Assembly (NCBI GenBank): GCA_963740635.1
Contig: CAVUEQ010000003.1
Span: forward strand, 97,350-161,349
Source: an uncultured bacterium
Lineage (GTDB): Bacteria > Patescibacteriota > Saccharimonadia > UBA4664
DNA: 64,000 nt
Reading direction: 5' to 3'
Positions 63,408 to 64,000 of the stretch are shown here, in pieces. Every line of letters starts with the position of its first letter. Position 1 is the stretch's first letter. Position numbers and translations under genes: made by a program. Below the pieces are notes generated by a model. It was not told the origin of the DNA. It did no database searches and saw only the letters and a program-made list of their open reading frames with translations.

Positions 63408-63486
63408 CTCACCTACTGCGATATGCGCATAATGCTTATTGTTATTCTACACGATAATCGCGGGGGTTTGTGGTAGCATAAGCGTA

Positions 63487-64000
63487 ATGAGCGCTAAGCG
63501 TCAGCCCAAAAAGACCGAAACCGCCTCGGTAGTCGTGAAGCAAGGGGCGAAGTTTGGGCTGGTCGGGATCTCTAATACCGTCATCGACTACACCATCTTT
63601 ATTACGGTGACCAGCCTTCTGCATGTGCCGCTCGACCTGAGCTACCTGGTGAAATACCTGTCTGGGACGGTGGCCATGCTCAACAGCTTTTATTGGAACC
63701 GGAGGTGGACGTTTAAGAGCCACGCCAGCGTGGGCAAGTCGGGGGCGAAATTCCTGACGGCGACGCTGGTGAGCGTATATGCGATACAGCCCGGGATGGT
63801 GAAATTGTTTTCGGGGACAAGCTTCGGGCAGGCGTTTGGCGGGTGGTGGTACCACTTGGCTTACACGCTTGGAATCACCGGGCTGGCGCCGGATTTGCTA
63901 ACACATGATTGGCTGGTTAAGACGATCGCGTTCGGCATGGGCGTGGTGGGCAGCGCGATTTGGAATTTCACGCTTTATAAATTGTGGGCGTTTCGGGAGA
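63487..64000 (+). CDS. GtrA family membrane protein, 3' end outside the window
   Basis: Not in the ORF track because no stop occurs before the window edge. My translation is MSAKRQPKK..GAKFGLVGISNTVIDYTIF....NSFYWNRRWTFKS...IWNFTLYKLWAFRE, which fits the GtrA pattern. Confidence 0.7.
   Translation, partial: MSAKRQPKKTETASVVVKQGAKFGLVGISNTVIDYTIFITVTSLLHVPLDLSYLVKYLSGTVAMLNSFYWNRRWTFKSHASVGKSGAKFLTATLVSVYAIQPGMVKLFSGTSFGQAFGGWWYHLAYTLGITGLAPDLLTHDWLVKTIAFGMGVVGSAIWNFTLYKLWAFRE

Noticed and set aside
63442-63855. 137-aa minus-strand ORF at the right end
   Set aside because: It is antisense to a plus-strand ORF with clear GtrA-family features that runs off the window. Its translation is Arg/Pro/His-rich.

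Overview
This is a gene-dense, high-GC bacterial chromosomal window (GC judged by eye, not computed). Most genes are on the minus strand. All calls come from reading the ORF translations and the DNA; no searches were run.

Core content:
- A glycogen cluster: glgA fragment, GH57 and glgP.
- ruvC, yebC-family regulator, comEC and lepA.
- A long heat-shock array, hrcA-grpE...dnaK...dnaJ, with two perfect CIRCE operators.
- Cell-wall genes: murF, ddl and murJ.
- ftsH, tilS, an FtsB-like gene, an ABC-2 exporter and atpD-atpC.
- Four tRNAs: Lys-UUU and three with anticodon CAU, one of which is the initiator.

Accessory content:
- Three type II toxin-antitoxin pairs: YefM/YoeB, MazEF-like and VapBC-like.
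- A complete 884-bp IS1595-family element with terminal inverted repeats and a target-site duplication.
- A roughly 6.5-kb lower-GC integrative element next to a tRNA-CAU. It carries a large serine recombinase, RHH and XRE regulators, and a PIN-nuclease two-gene module.
- A stand-alone DGQHR (DndB-like) gene inserted between ddl and murJ.
- Several secreted or sortase-type surface proteins: a bulb-type lectin, a cohesin-like LPVTG protein and Ig-like proteins.

Most interesting observations:
1. A cobalamin-riboswitch-like leader precedes a DUF4430 gene plus an alpha/alpha-toroid (prenyltransferase-like) surface-anchored protein. I read this pair as a split, transcobalamin-like B12 capture system.
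2. The tRNA-linked island and its uncharacterised PIN module.
3. Two 73-nt hairpin repeats bracket a self-contained promoter-ORF-terminator cassette inside the glycogen cluster.
4. Four genes (IMPase, dnaK, an aldose-epimerase-like gene and a Fur-family gene) are each broken by an apparent single-nucleotide frameshift. This more likely reflects assembly indels than real pseudogenes.
5. Several promoters sit so close to start codons that the transcripts look leaderless.

No CRISPR array and no rRNA were seen. The many long alternative-frame ORFs in the track are high-GC artefacts.
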